From assembly GCA_031546735.1 (NCBI GenBank), contig JAVBJY010000103.1, forward strand, positions 1 through 58,813: a stretch of 58,813 nucleotides of DNA, read 5' to 3'. Both the position numbers and the translations under genes were made by a program. Origin of the DNA: Eubacteriales bacterium. GTDB lineage: Bacteria > Bacillota > Clostridia > Lachnospirales > JAVBJY01. The stretch's first letter is position 1, and each line of letters starts with the position of its first letter. Below are positions 17,494-28,327 of the stretch, in pieces. A model generated the notes under the pieces. That model searched no databases. It saw only the letters and a list, made by a program, of their open reading frames with translations, and had not been told where the DNA came from.

Positions 17494-19395
17494 TTATGAG
17501 TGTGTCGCGTGGGGTATGAACAAATCTACCGCACAGTCGCTCGCCATCTTCAAATCCCCTCGGGGTGACAGGCTGACAGATCCAACCTTTGGCCCGTCTG
17601 GCATGCAAGACCGCTTGTATTGCTGTGAAAAAAATCGCTTCATAAAAATGTTCAGCCACTTGGCAATGACCGCCGCTTCATAAACACCGTCAAACGCAAT
17701 GGTCGCCAAGTATAATATTTTATCCACCTGAAAGTTTTTTCTAACAAAATAGTAGAGAAAGAAATCATGCAACTCGTATGGCCCCACGATATCCTCTGTT
17801 ACTTGCTCGATTGCGCCGTTTGTGCCGGGCAAAAGTTCTGGTGAGACGGGTGTATCCAATATATCATACAAAATCTCCTGCAACCCATCATTTGCACAAT
17901 CTGCCACATACCGCACCAAATATCGCATCAGTGTTTTTGGCACAGACGCATTTACCCCATACATAGACATGTGGTCGCCATTGTATGTCGCAAAGCCAAG
18001 CGCCAGTTCAGACAAGTCTCCCGTTCCGACCACAAATCCGTTTAACTGGTTAGACATATCCATTAAAATTTGCGTCCGTTCTCTTGCCTGTGCATTTTCA
18101 AAGGTGACATCCTTCTGGTTGGGGTCTTGCCCGATATCCGCAAAATGTTTCAACACGGACTCTTTGATATTGATTTCATAAAACGTCGTACCCAACTGTT
18201 CTGCAAGCTTAATGGCATTTTGATACGTTCTATCTGATGTGCCGAAGCATGGCATCGTGACGGTATGAATCCCTTTGGGTGAAAGCCCCATCATTTTGAA
18301 CGTCTCCGCCGTAACCAACAGCGCATGGGTCGAATCCAATCCACCCGATATGCCAAGCACGACATTTTTGCAACCGATGTGCTCCATCCTTTTCCGAAGA
18401 CCCAATGCCTGCATTGTCATAATTTCATTGCACCGCTTTTCCTTCGATGCTTCATCGCACGGCACAAACGGGGTTTTAGAAATCAGACCAATCGGTTTTG
18501 TCTGTCTTTCTTCCATATTAAAGTACACACGTTGGTGATGTTCTGCATGGATGTGAAACATGGTTTGCTTTTGCCGCTCTCCTGCCAAAAAAGATGTGTC
18601 AAGGGTGCCATACAGGATGCCGTTTTGAAACCGCTTCGACTCGCTTCGTATGGTTCCATTTTCGCAAATCATGTTGTGCCCTGCAAACACCACGTCGGTT
18701 GTAGATTCGCCGTAGCCTGCACTCGCATAAATGTATCCGCCCAATAGCCTTGCCGATTGGGACGAAACCAGTTTTCGCCTGAAGCAATCCTTGCCCACCA
18801 TTTCGCTGTCTGCCGAAAGATTGGCGATTACCGTAGCGCCCGCCGCCGCATGACGACAGGACGGCGGTATCATTGACCATACATCGTGCCCAAGCTCTAC
18901 CCCTAGCACAAAATTCTCATTTTGACGAGAGCAAAACAGCAGATTTGTGCCAAACGGAACTTTTTGACCGCCGACCAAAACCTCTTGCGGGCACTCGTTT
19001 CCTTGTGCAAAATATCGTGTCTCATCGCCGTCTCTGCCGCCGGGTAAGCATGATTTGGGCACCATACCCAGTATTTCTCCCTTGTATAAAACAGCCGCCA
19101 CATTATAGAGTTTTCCAAAAACAGCAAACGGCAACCCGACGACGATAATCATATCCATCTCTTTTAATGCCGCCCCGATCGTGCATAGCTTTTTCCTGGC
19201 CTCGTCTAGCAGTTGGTTGTTAAAAAACAAGTCATTACAAGTGTAGCCTGTTATACAGAGTTCTGGAAAGACAACCACGTCTATCCCTCGCTTGTATGCT
19301 TCCTTTGCCTGTTTGATGATGTCGTCCGCGTTCTTCTCCGGGTTCGCAACCGTCACGGTCGGGGTTATGGCGGCGACATGTACAAAACCATACAT
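17494..19395 (-). CDS. nadE: Glutamine-dependent NAD+ synthetase (CN-hydrolase plus synthetase domains)
   Basis: 633 aa. N-terminal nitrilase-like domain (VVFPELCITGY), PP-loop LGISGGLDS. Confidence 0.85.
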   Translation of the reverse strand: MYGFVHVAAITPTVTVANPEKNADDIIKQAKEAYKRGIDVVVFPELCITGYTCNDLFFNNQLLDEARKKLCTIGAALKEMDMIIVVGLPFAVFGKLYNVAAVLYKGEILGMVPKSCLPGGRDGDETRYFAQGNECPQEVLVGGQKVPFGTNLLFCSRQNENFVLGVELGHDVWSMIPPSCRHAAAGATVIANLSADSEMVGKDCFRRKLVSSQSARLLGGYIYASAGYGESTTDVVFAGHNMICENGTIRSESKRFQNGILYGTLDTSFLAGERQKQTMFHIHAEHHQRVYFNMEERQTKPIGLISKTPFVPCDEASKEKRCNEIMTMQALGLRKRMEHIGCKNVVLGISGGLDSTHALLVTAETFKMMGLSPKGIHTVTMPCFGTSDRTYQNAIKLAEQLGTTFYEINIKESVLKHFADIGQDPNQKDVTFENAQARERTQILMDMSNQLNGFVVGTGDLSELALGFATYNGDHMSMYGVNASVPKTLMRYLVRYVADCANDGLQEILYDILDTPVSPELLPGTNGAIEQVTEDIVGPYELHDFFLYYFVRKNFQVDKILYLATIAFDGVYEAAVIAKWLNIFMKRFFSQQYKRSCMPDGPKVGSVSLSPRGDLKMASDCAVDLFIPHATHS

Positions 19396-19520
19396 AAAAA
19401 TTCACTCCTTTTAAACGTACTTCTGATATGAAAAAGAGGAAAACTTTTGAAAAAGTCCTCCTCTGTCTTTTACGCTGTATAGTGTTTCTCAACGCCAGAT
19501 AAAATATACCTCAGTTGCTT

Positions 19521-20903
19521 TTACTCGCTTACATCCACTGGATATTTGCCAGTAAAACAGCCATCACAAAAACCGCATGCCGAGTTTTCGCAAATTTTAT
19601 GTAAGTTTTCCATGCTGAGAAAATCCAAACTGTCTGCGCCAATCATCTTGCAAATCTCGTCTACCGAATGGTTTGTCGCGATCAGTTCGTCTGTGGATGG
19701 GATGTCTGTTCCGAAATAGCACGGATATAAAAACAACGGCGATGAAATTTTGACATGCACTTCTTTTACGCCAACATCACGCAACATTTTGATGATTTGA
19801 CCACATGTCGTGCCACGCACGATGCTGTCGTCTACCATGATCACCCGCTTACCATCGAGCAAACTCTTGAGGGGATTTAATTTCATCTTGACTGCAATTT
19901 CTCTGCTTTCTTGATCGGGCTTTATAAATGTTCTACCGATGTAACGGTTTTTGATGAACCCGTTTTCATATTTAATGCCAGACTGTTCTGCATAGCCAGC
20001 CGCCGCACCGATGCCCGAATCTGGAACGCCAATGACAACATCTGCCTCGACTGGACATTGCTGTGCCAACAGCATGCCTGATTTTTTACGTGCTTCGTAT
20101 ACGTTTTGACCTGCAATATTGCTATCAGGACGTGCAAAATAGATATGTTCAAATATACATAGGCTAGATGAATCGGTGCAGTGGTCACGGATGGAGGTGA
20201 TGGTACCTTTTTCGACAATGACGATTTCGCCCGGATCGATCTCTCGGATATACTCTGCATCGATAGAGTCAAATGCACAAGATTCGGAGGCAAAGACAAT
20301 GGCGTCGCCCTTTCGCCCCATACACAACGGTCGCAAGCCCCATGGGTCACGCGCCGCGATCAGTTTTTGCGGGCTCATGACAAGAAGACAGTACGCGCCT
20401 TTTAACACCTTCATCGCTTCTTTAACTGCGCCTTGAACGGAACCGGCTTCCAATCTTTTTTTGGCAATGGCATAGGCGATTAATTCTGTGTCGGTCGTCG
20501 TCTGAAAAATGGCACCGCTGCGCTCTAACTCTTTGCGCAACGAATCGGTTCCGACGAGGCTCCCATTATGGGCGATCGCCAAGTTGCCTTTTACATAGCG
20601 CAACACAAGAGGTTGCACGTTTTCTCGTATGTTGAATTTAGCGGACGCATTTCTTGTGGAATACCGAACATGCCCCACCGCCATCGTGCCTTTTAATTCC
20701 GCCAAACGCTCTGCATCAAACACTTCGTTTACAAGCCCTAAATCTTTATAATGGGTAATGTCTCCGTCGTTGTTCACTGCGATGCCACTGCCGTCTTGTC
20801 CTCTGTGCTGCAACGCCACAAGAGCATAGTACGTCAAATCTGCACATTTACCCTTTGGGTCATATATGCCAAATACGCCGCATTCTTCTCTTAATTCTGC
20901 CAT
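19521..20903 (-). CDS. purF: Amidophosphoribosyltransferase
   Basis: 460 aa. Ntn Cys in ECGVFGIY, PRPP motif VIMVDDSIVRGTT, C-terminal Cys cluster. Confidence 0.9.
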   Translation of the reverse strand: MAELREECGVFGIYDPKGKCADLTYYALVALQHRGQDGSGIAVNNDGDITHYKDLGLVNEVFDAERLAELKGTMAVGHVRYSTRNASAKFNIRENVQPLVLRYVKGNLAIAHNGSLVGTDSLRKELERSGAIFQTTTDTELIAYAIAKKRLEAGSVQGAVKEAMKVLKGAYCLLVMSPQKLIAARDPWGLRPLCMGRKGDAIVFASESCAFDSIDAEYIREIDPGEIVIVEKGTITSIRDHCTDSSSLCIFEHIYFARPDSNIAGQNVYEARKKSGMLLAQQCPVEADVVIGVPDSGIGAAAGYAEQSGIKYENGFIKNRYIGRTFIKPDQESREIAVKMKLNPLKSLLDGKRVIMVDDSIVRGTTCGQIIKMLRDVGVKEVHVKISSPLFLYPCYFGTDIPSTDELIATNHSVDEICKMIGADSLDFLSMENLHKICENSACGFCDGCFTGKYPVDVSE

Positions 20904-21086
20904 TTCTCATTGCCCCCTACATCTTTTTTTATGTTATCTCTACACGTATATGATGATTGATGCACTTTGAAACCGATAGCAGTATATACTGCTTCTACGC
21001 GAAAATTGTAAACCTAAAAATGAAAAATTGCAAGCATGAATCTGTACTTTTTCAGTCCATATATTTTCGGATCACTCTATATTGTT

Positions 21087-22697
21087 TTAGTTTTGGGGCA
21101 CTTGAAATGGCACTTGCATGTCTGGTGCATCAGTTGGCGACGCCGGAAGTTTTTCAAACGGCACATAGCTTGCCGAAGCGTCGATTGGCGCGATGGTCGG
21201 CACCACAACGGGCTTGATCGTTGGCACACCTCCTGTGTTCTGGTCGGCGTTTTGTGTGGTGTTCTGGTTGTTCGTGTTCTGGTTGTTTGTATTTGGTGCG
21301 GCGTTAAATGGCACGTCGTCTTTCGTTTGCAGTGTAATGTTATACGGTGGGCTCGTCTCACTGACCACAACGCCCAATGTAAAATCTTTATAGCCCGATT
21401 TTTTTAACACAATCACGTGGTCGCCCTGCACGACATCCTTTGTCACAGGGGTGACGCCGATATAGGCATTGTCTACATACAGGTCGGCGGCTGTCGGTTC
21501 AGACGTAATCGCCAATTTGCCCATGTTGACTACCTTTTTTAGCTCGATAGGGATTTCCAATTGTGGGCTGTTGATGTTGATTTTCTCTGCAAAGTCTACA
21601 AAGCCGTCCTTGCTTACGGCAACATCATACACACCATACTCTAAAATCATCGGTTCTCTTGACAATTCGACAACGCCATTGATTTTCAGCTCATAGTCTG
21701 GCTCACTAACCTTCCACACGACGACGCTAGATTTCGCTTGCACAAGTGTCACATCTAAGATCGACGTTTCGAGCGATGACACGACAACCTCTTTTACATA
21801 AGGCTCGATGTTATCCCCATCAATGACAACCTTCTGCACACCTTCAAGCACGGTCAATTCATCTGCATCTGCCAGTTGCATAAACGTCGCTTTACCAATT
21901 TCGAGCGTACCGTTCGTCACCTTATCTTGGTTAATGACCTTGATATAGCCATGACTTTGCTCTACATCGATCGACCAGATCGTGTCTTTGTAGCCCTTGA
22001 TTGTCACAACGTCTATATCCGTGATTTGTGTCAGGTCATACGGCTTGTTTTTATAGGTAACGACGATGCCATCGTTATACGTGTAGGTATCATTGTTGTG
22101 CTTTACCACTTTTTGCGTTGGGTCTACCGAAAGCTTGGTGATGGACTGGTATTCAAATCCCTCTGCGTTTTCTGTTAGCGCCTTGATTTCTTTGTCACTA
22201 TTATTAAAGGAAATGGTTACAATGTCGCCTACTTTAAATTCTGATAAGACAACACTTTGGCCATATTTATTTTTTAAATCTGTTGCATTTGTGATGACCA
22301 GGCGATATTCTTTTTGGTTTGTAATATCGAGCACATCGATTTGCTTTGCCTGTGCGTCGACACCGCGTAAAACGCCTATACAGGACGCCTCGTTCTTCTC
22401 TTCAATGGGTGGTACCACTTCCGCAAGTGGGGTACTGTCTGGCTCTTTTACCGATTTGTCGCCATGATCTGTGAAAGAATTGTAAACCACCGCGAACACC
22501 ACCATGCAAATGACAATCCCGCTTATAACCGTAATCAACATCAGTGTTTTGTACTGGGATTTGATCTGCACTTTTTTTGTCGGTTTTTTCTTGACGGTAT
22601 AATCGATTGTGTCATCATTCTTAGGGATACTGGGCGTATAAATGACGCCTTCTTTCTCGTAGCGATCCTTATTTTTTTTGTTATCATTCATATACAA
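21087..22697 (-). CDS. Membrane-anchored PEGA-domain protein with low-complexity N/Q/T tail
   Basis: 536 aa. One TM helix (LMLITVISGIVICMVVFAVV). PEGA-like GKLAITSEPTAADLYVDNAYIGVTPV. C-terminal NTNNQNTNNQNTTQNADQN. Confidence 0.6.
   Translation of the reverse strand: MYMNDNKKNKDRYEKEGVIYTPSIPKNDDTIDYTVKKKPTKKVQIKSQYKTLMLITVISGIVICMVVFAVVYNSFTDHGDKSVKEPDSTPLAEVVPPIEEKNEASCIGVLRGVDAQAKQIDVLDITNQKEYRLVITNATDLKNKYGQSVVLSEFKVGDIVTISFNNSDKEIKALTENAEGFEYQSITKLSVDPTQKVVKHNNDTYTYNDGIVVTYKNKPYDLTQITDIDVVTIKGYKDTIWSIDVEQSHGYIKVINQDKVTNGTLEIGKATFMQLADADELTVLEGVQKVVIDGDNIEPYVKEVVVSSLETSILDVTLVQAKSSVVVWKVSEPDYELKINGVVELSREPMILEYGVYDVAVSKDGFVDFAEKININSPQLEIPIELKKVVNMGKLAITSEPTAADLYVDNAYIGVTPVTKDVVQGDHVIVLKKSGYKDFTLGVVVSETSPPYNITLQTKDDVPFNAAPNTNNQNTNNQNTTQNADQNTGGVPTIKPVVVPTIAPIDASASYVPFEKLPASPTDAPDMQVPFQVPQN
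21259..21288. repeat. 15-bp tandem repeat (2 full units plus partial flanks) inside the PEGA gene
   Basis: gtgttctggttgttc / gtgttctggttgttt, encoding the NTNNQ repeats on the minus strand. Confidence 0.7.
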
Positions 22698-22750
22698 TCA
22701 CACCTCTTAGCGCTTGTTGTTGCCTGGCTATACGCCATGTGGCGTATAGT

Positions 22751-24190
22751 TTAATACGCTTTGCCCCAATACACCATTTGGCTTGCTTTTTGACCACAGC
22801 ATACACATGTATCGCTGATTGCTTCTTGTTCGAAGGGGATACATCTGGCCGTGGCCGTTGTCTTTTCTTTTATTTTTTCTTCGCATGCATTGTCGCCGCA
22901 CCACATCGCTTTTACGAAGCCGGGTGTCGTGGACAAAATTTGCTCGAATTGCTCCATCGTTTCGGCGGTATACGTCTTTGATTCGCGTAGTTCTCTTGCT
23001 TTTTCGAGCAAGTCTTTTTGCATGTGTTGCAATATTTCGGGGATCTTTGTTTCGAGTTCATCCAAGTTAATGATGACCTTTTCTCTTGTGTCGCGTCGTA
23101 CGAGCACGGCTTGGTTGTTTTCGATATCACGAGGGCCGATTTCAAGTCGCACCGGCACGCCTTTCATCTCATGTTCGCTGTACTTCCAACCCGGCGACTT
23201 GTCACTGCTGTCTACTTTTACGCGACAGATTGGTAACAACGTCTGTCTCAACGACTCTGCTTTTTCGAGAACGCCTTCTTTATGCTGTGCAACCGGTATA
23301 ATGACCACCTGCACAGGCGCTACATTTGGCGGCAACACAAGGCCATTGTTATCGCTATGCACCATAATCAGCCCACCGATCATCCGTGTCGACATGCCCC
23401 ACGATGTTTGGTGTACGTAATTTAATTCGTTGTTCTTGCCTGTATATTGTATACCGAACGCCTTTGCAAAGCCGTCTGAAAAATTATGAGACGTGCCTGT
23501 CTGCAACGCCTTGCCGTCATGCATCAAACTTTCGATTGTATAGGTAGCCGAAGCACCTGCAAATTTTTCGCTTTCTGTTTTTTGACCTTTCACCACCGGA
23601 ATGGCCAACACATTTTCACAAAATTCTGCGTATACGTTTAACATTTTGATTGTTTCTTCTTGCGCCTCTTCTGCCGTTGCATGCGCCGTATGGCCCTCTT
23701 GCCATAAAAATTCAAGCGTACGGAGAAACGGTCTCGTCGTTTTTTCCCATCGTACCACCGAACACCATTGGTTGTAGAGTTTTGGCAAATCGCGGTACGA
23801 CTGAATGATATTTTTATAATGCTCGCAGAATAACGTTTCGGAGGTTGGTCGAACGCACAACCGCTCTGTTAGTTTTTCGGTTCCGCCATGTGTAACCCAA
23901 GCCACCTCGGGCGCAAATCCTTCTACATGGTCTTTTTCTTTTTGCAAAAGACTCTCGGGGATAAACATTGGCATATACACGTTTTCATGATCGGTCTCTT
24001 TAAACCGATTGTCCAATTGTTTTTGAATCAGTTCCCATATGGCATACCCATAAGGGCGCAAAATCATGCAACCTCTCACAGAGGAATAGTCAATTAAATC
24101 TGCTTTTTTTACCACGTCGGTGTACCATTGTGCAAAATCGTCCTCCATAGACGTAATCGCTTCTACCATTTTTTCCTTCGCCAAAATCAT
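22751..24190 (-). CDS. proS: Proline--tRNA ligase (archaeal/eukaryote-like class II form, about 479 aa)
   Basis: Start placed at [25 protein letters not shown] (ATG 24190), with MVEAIT seven codons further downstream as an alternative. The 44 extra N-terminal codons in the track ORF (24191-24322) read through the GC-rich repeat. The 479 aa length fits this ProS class. Confidence 0.85.
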   Translation of the reverse strand: MILAKEKMVEAITSMEDDFAQWYTDVVKKADLIDYSSVRGCMILRPYGYAIWELIQKQLDNRFKETDHENVYMPMFIPESLLQKEKDHVEGFAPEVAWVTHGGTEKLTERLCVRPTSETLFCEHYKNIIQSYRDLPKLYNQWCSVVRWEKTTRPFLRTLEFLWQEGHTAHATAEEAQEETIKMLNVYAEFCENVLAIPVVKGQKTESEKFAGASATYTIESLMHDGKALQTGTSHNFSDGFAKAFGIQYTGKNNELNYVHQTSWGMSTRMIGGLIMVHSDNNGLVLPPNVAPVQVVIIPVAQHKEGVLEKAESLRQTLLPICRVKVDSSDKSPGWKYSEHEMKGVPVRLEIGPRDIENNQAVLVRRDTREKVIINLDELETKIPEILQHMQKDLLEKARELRESKTYTAETMEQFEQILSTTPGFVKAMWCGDNACEEKIKEKTTATARCIPFEQEAISDTCVCCGQKASQMVYWGKAY

Positions 24191-24221
24191 TCTCTCCCTT
24201 ATGATCGTCTTTAAGATTTGT

Positions 24222-24276
24222 ACCTTGGGGCGCTGCCCCAAACCCCGCAAGGGGCTCGCCCCTTGACCCTTAATTT
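24222..24276. repeat. Single arm of the GC-rich repeat family
   Basis: 55 nt identical to the reverse complement of 5904-5958 (aaattaagggtcaaggggcgagccccttgcggggtttggggcagcgccccaaggt). Confidence 0.85.
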
Positions 24277-24335
24277 GTACGCAACTGTAAAATGAACAAC
24301 CCCGCGGCGAACCGCGAGGCATGCAACCTATTTTC

Positions 24336-25892
24336 TTATACTTCCTGCTCTTCGATTGGTTCTGGTTCTATTGGTTCTTGTTCTATTTTCACTGTCTTCT
24401 CTATTTTTTCTTTTTTCTCTGCCTTTTTCGTCGGCTGTACAACCGGCGCATGCTCTACGCTTTTGTGGCAAATTTTTTCGTATAGTTCTATATATTCAAG
24501 GGCGGACTGATCCCATGAGAACCTTGTGTCAATGGCATTTTTAAACACATTGTACCAAAGATGTTTGTCGTGATAGGTTTTGAGTGCTTCGTTAATGGCC
24601 CACATCATACCCGTAGACATGTAGTCTTGGAACAAGAACCCGTTGCCTTCGTAGGTTTCGCTGTTAAAATGCTTCACGGTATCCACAAGGCCGCCTGTCG
24701 TGCGCACAATCGGCACGGTGCCATATGACATGGCAAATAGCTGACCAAGGCCGCAAGGCTCGAACAGCGACGGCATCAAAAACACATCTGATGATGCGTA
24801 AATTTTTTGCGCAAGCGTATCGTCAAACAAAATATGTGCGCTTACCTTGTCTGGACATTTATATGCGTAATGTCTGAATAAATGCTCATATCTTCCGTCA
24901 CCAGTACCGAGCACAACCAACTGGATATCTTTTTGTATTAATTCGTCCATGGCTTGTGCGATGAGCTCGATGCCCTTTTGATCGACCAATCTTGAAATCA
25001 GACCAATCATCATGGCGTCGCACACAGGTAGACCCAACTCTTTTTGTAGGGCGTGCTTGTTTGCCACCTTGCCTTCGTAGTCAAACACACTAAAGTTTTG
25101 ATATATTTTTTTGCTTGTTTCGGGCTTGTTGGCTTCGTAGTCGATGCCATTCACGATGCCGGTCAAATCACCCGCGCGCCGTCTTAACACACCATCTAAT
25201 CCATATCCATATTGCGGCGTTTGGATCTCGTAGGCGTAGGTTTTGCTCACGGTACTAACGGCGTCTGCAAACAACACGCCGCCTTTCATATAGGAAATAT
25301 TTCCATAAAATTCTAATTTATCGTCCGATGCATACCCGTCGTGCAAGCCCATCATAAACAGACTTTCCTTTGGGAAATTGCCTTGGTATTGCAAGTTGTG
25401 TATGGTAAACAGCGTCTTGACTTCTGAAAAATAAACAAACTTGCTGTAAATATCGCGCATGTAAACAGGGAGTGGCCCTGTCTGCCAGTCGTTACAATGC
25501 ACCACATCCGGCTTGAAATCGATTAAGCTTAAAAGCTCGATAGACGCCTTCGAGAAAAACGCAAAACGCTCGTTGTCATCGCCATAGCCATAAAACCCGT
25601 CACGATTGAAATAGAAGTCATTTTCGATCACGTATGTGGGCACATCTGCCGCCAACTGATACACAGACGCGCTCTGCGTGCGCCAGCCCAAATTGACAAC
25701 AAAAGAGCCTTTGTATTGCGCATGCTCTAAATGGCATGGATTGATGCCTTTGTATTTTGGTAGAACCACTCTTGCGTCTACGCCTGCGGCGATAAGCGCC
25801 TTCGGCAATGAACCCGAAACGTCGCCTAGCCCTCCACTTTTTGCATAGGGCGACACTTCCGAAGCCACAATCAATACTTTTAACCCCATCAT
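24336..25892 (-). CDS. glgA: Glycogen/starch synthase with an unusual K/E/P-rich C-terminal tail
   Basis: KSGGLGDV motif. Start taken at MMGLKV behind AGGAGG. About 45 extra C-terminal residues ([32 protein letters not shown]). Confidence 0.85.
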   Translation of the reverse strand: MMGLKVLIVASEVSPYAKSGGLGDVSGSLPKALIAAGVDARVVLPKYKGINPCHLEHAQYKGSFVVNLGWRTQSASVYQLAADVPTYVIENDFYFNRDGFYGYGDDNERFAFFSKASIELLSLIDFKPDVVHCNDWQTGPLPVYMRDIYSKFVYFSEVKTLFTIHNLQYQGNFPKESLFMMGLHDGYASDDKLEFYGNISYMKGGVLFADAVSTVSKTYAYEIQTPQYGYGLDGVLRRRAGDLTGIVNGIDYEANKPETSKKIYQNFSVFDYEGKVANKHALQKELGLPVCDAMMIGLISRLVDQKGIELIAQAMDELIQKDIQLVVLGTGDGRYEHLFRHYAYKCPDKVSAHILFDDTLAQKIYASSDVFLMPSLFEPCGLGQLFAMSYGTVPIVRTTGGLVDTVKHFNSETYEGNGFLFQDYMSTGMMWAINEALKTYHDKHLWYNVFKNAIDTRFSWDQSALEYIELYEKICHKSVEHAPVVQPTKKAEKKEKIEKTVKIEQEPIEPEPIEEQEV

Positions 25893-26131
25893 CTTTCCTC
25901 CTTTGTGCAAAAAAATTCTATTATGATGATCATACTATTATTTTTGTACAATATCAACCCTTCACAAACTTTTTTATTGAAATGTTTGTGAAGAACCAAG
26001 ACTGATCGCCGAAAATAATATAAACTTTTTGCAAATATATATGTTTATATTCCATTTTTTGTACTATACTATATATGGATGCATGGCGTATGCTGTGCCT
26101 ATCGATTGCGAACAGGAGAGGATCGTTTCTT

Positions 26132-27910
26132 ATGAGTGACAAACTGAAAACACGGGCAGAGATACCCGAAATATTTCATTGGCATATACACGACTTGTTT
26201 GCCACAGATGACGAGTGGCAACAACAATTTGATGATTTAAAAGAAGAATTAAAGGCGATGGATTCGTTTAACGGAAGCCTGACGATCGATACGGTTTTTG
26301 TATGTCTGGCGAAACGAGACGTGCTCGCCCAAAAACTAGACAAACTCTACGTTTATGCCAATCTACGCTTAAATGAAGACCAAACCAATCCGTTTTACCA
26401 AGGATTATCCGACAAAGCCGAGAGCTTGATCGTCTCTTACCAGTCTCAAACTTCTTTTATCGAGCCAGAAATCTTGGCGCTTGACGAGCAGGCACTTTGT
26501 GCGAAAGCATCTGATCACCTATACAAGCATTATATTGAAGATTTGCTGCGTAGCAAAAAGCATATCCTTTCGGCACCCGAAGAAAATATATTGGCGAAAG
26601 TATACGAACTTTCTGTCATCCCCGAAAATGTTTTTTCGATGATGAACAACGCCGACATGGAATTCCGCTCGGTTGCAGATGAGTCTGGTGCGTTGACGCC
26701 GCTGACCCACGGCAAATTTATCGCCATGCTTGAAAGCACAGACAGGCGTCTGCGTAAAGATGCCTTTGATGCCTATTATGATGCCTACTTTAAACAAAAA
26801 AATGCAATCGCCGCTACGTTTAACGCAAGCATCAAGAAAGACGTGTTTCTGTCGGGCGTACGGCGGTATGACAATTCTCTTGAAGCGTATTTATGCGGTC
26901 ACAATATCCCTACCACGGTCTACAAAAATTTAATTCAAACCATCAGTGAATACTTGCCACTCATGCATCAATATATCCGATTGCGGAAGCAAAAACTCGG
27001 CGTGGAATCGCTCCACATGTATGACCTGTATACGCCGATTGTATCGGACGCCAATATTTTTATCAACTACGACGACGCAAAGGCAAGCGTGACGGAGGCG
27101 TTAAAGCCGTTAGGCGATGCATACGGTCAAATTTTGACAGAAGGCTTGTCAGCAGGTTGGATCGACGTATACGAAAACAAGGGCAAACGAAGTGGCGCTT
27201 ACGCATGGGGCTGTCACGGCTGTCACCCTTACGTTTCGCTTAACTACAATGACACGATTAACAGCATGTTTACACTGGCGCATGAAATGGGGCACGCCAT
27301 CCATAGCCACTATTCGTGGGCAACACAACCGTATACGTACAGCAACTACACAATCTTTGTGGCAGAAGTGGCGTCCACCGTCAACGAGGCGTTGTTGATG
27401 CAACACTTGCTATCGGTGACGGAAGACAAGACGCAAAAACAATACCTATACAACTATTGGCTTGAGCAGTTCCGTGGCACTGTGTTTAGACAGACGATGT
27501 TTGCCGAATTTGAACTGCTTGTGCACGAGATGGTAGAAGCCGGCACGCCTCTCACCTTCGACACCCTTTGCGAGGTGTATAACGGGCTAAACGTAAAATA
27601 TTATGGCCCCGATATCGTATTGGATACACAAATCAGTTGGGAGTGGGCAAGAATCCCCCATTTTTACAACCCTTATTATGTGTACCAATATGCAACCGGT
27701 TATACCGCCGCCATTGCGCTGTCTGAGAACATCCTGCACAACAACGGCGGTGCCGCGTACCTCCAATTTTTAAAGAGCGGTTCTTCTGATTATTCGATTA
27801 ACCTGTTGAAACAGGCGGGCGTAGACATGACGACTCAAGAGCCAATCAAGCACGCCATGTCCGTGTTTAAAACCATATTAAAACAAATGGAGTGTGATCC
27901 CCATGCATGA
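26132..27910 (+). CDS. pepF: Oligoendopeptidase F (M3B)
   Basis: Start at MSDKLKTRAEIPE behind AGGAGAGG. Zinc motif HEMGHAIH. Confidence 0.85.
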   Translation: MSDKLKTRAEIPEIFHWHIHDLFATDDEWQQQFDDLKEELKAMDSFNGSLTIDTVFVCLAKRDVLAQKLDKLYVYANLRLNEDQTNPFYQGLSDKAESLIVSYQSQTSFIEPEILALDEQALCAKASDHLYKHYIEDLLRSKKHILSAPEENILAKVYELSVIPENVFSMMNNADMEFRSVADESGALTPLTHGKFIAMLESTDRRLRKDAFDAYYDAYFKQKNAIAATFNASIKKDVFLSGVRRYDNSLEAYLCGHNIPTTVYKNLIQTISEYLPLMHQYIRLRKQKLGVESLHMYDLYTPIVSDANIFINYDDAKASVTEALKPLGDAYGQILTEGLSAGWIDVYENKGKRSGAYAWGCHGCHPYVSLNYNDTINSMFTLAHEMGHAIHSHYSWATQPYTYSNYTIFVAEVASTVNEALLMQHLLSVTEDKTQKQYLYNYWLEQFRGTVFRQTMFAEFELLVHEMVEAGTPLTFDTLCEVYNGLNVKYYGPDIVLDTQISWEWARIPHFYNPYYVYQYATGYTAAIALSENILHNNGGAAYLQFLKSGSSDYSINLLKQAGVDMTTQEPIKHAMSVFKTILKQMECDPHA

Positions 27911-28310
27911 CCCCAACTGTATTTTTTGCAAAATCGCCTCCGGCGCAATCCCCGCCGGAAAGATTTATGAGGATGAAAACTTTGTGGCGATTTTGGATAT
28001 TTCGCCAGCAAGTGAGGGGCATACCCTCCTCATCCCCAAGGCACATGTGCAAGATGTGTACGACCTACCCGAAGCCGTGGGCAAAGAAATATACCCTGTG
28101 CTCACCAAGCTTTCCCATGCCCTCAAACGCAACTTCGCGTTTGACGGGCTGAATATTTTACAAAACAACGGGGAAGTAGCCGGGCAAACCGTTTTTCATT
28201 TTCATATACACCTCATCCCCCGCCATACAGGCGACACAGTGGCGGTCAAATGGGACGCTGTAAACGTTTCGCCCGAAAGAATGAAAGAGATACTAGACAA
28301 TTTTAAATAA
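27903..28310 (+). CDS. HIT-family (histidine triad) protein
   Basis: HFHIHLIP triad. CIFCKI N-terminus. Overlaps the pepF stop. Confidence 0.85.
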   Translation: MHDPNCIFCKIASGAIPAGKIYEDENFVAILDISPASEGHTLLIPKAHVQDVYDLPEAVGKEIYPVLTKLSHALKRNFAFDGLNILQNNGEVAGQTVFHFHIHLIPRHTGDTVAVKWDAVNVSPERMKEILDNFK

Positions 28311-28327
28311 CAAGGAGCGCGATTACA

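Noticed and set aside
20904-21086. Purine riboswitch or PurR box upstream of purF
   Set aside because: The leader has a perfect palindrome (agcagtatatactgct) and a CCGAA-containing stretch. It lacks the conserved purine-riboswitch junction and loop motifs I can recall, and the PurBox match is partial. Not supportable without a model scan.
21240-21300. Possible CRISPR-like or other spaced repeat
   Set aside because: The units are contiguous 15-mers without spacers and lie inside a coding region. No CRISPR-type repeat-spacer architecture exists anywhere in the window.
24191-24322. 44-codon N-terminal extension of the proS ORF ([44 protein letters not shown])
   Set aside because: It reads straight through the GC-rich intergenic repeat that also occurs, non-coding, at 5904-5958. 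A start at 24190 gives the canonical length of about 479 aa. The extension is an ORF-caller artifact.
24191-24335. T-box leader upstream of proS
   Set aside because: Only about 145 nt are available, and a third of that is the dispersed repeat. I found no T-box sequence (AAUUAGGGUGGUACCGCG-like) and no specifier-loop arrangement.
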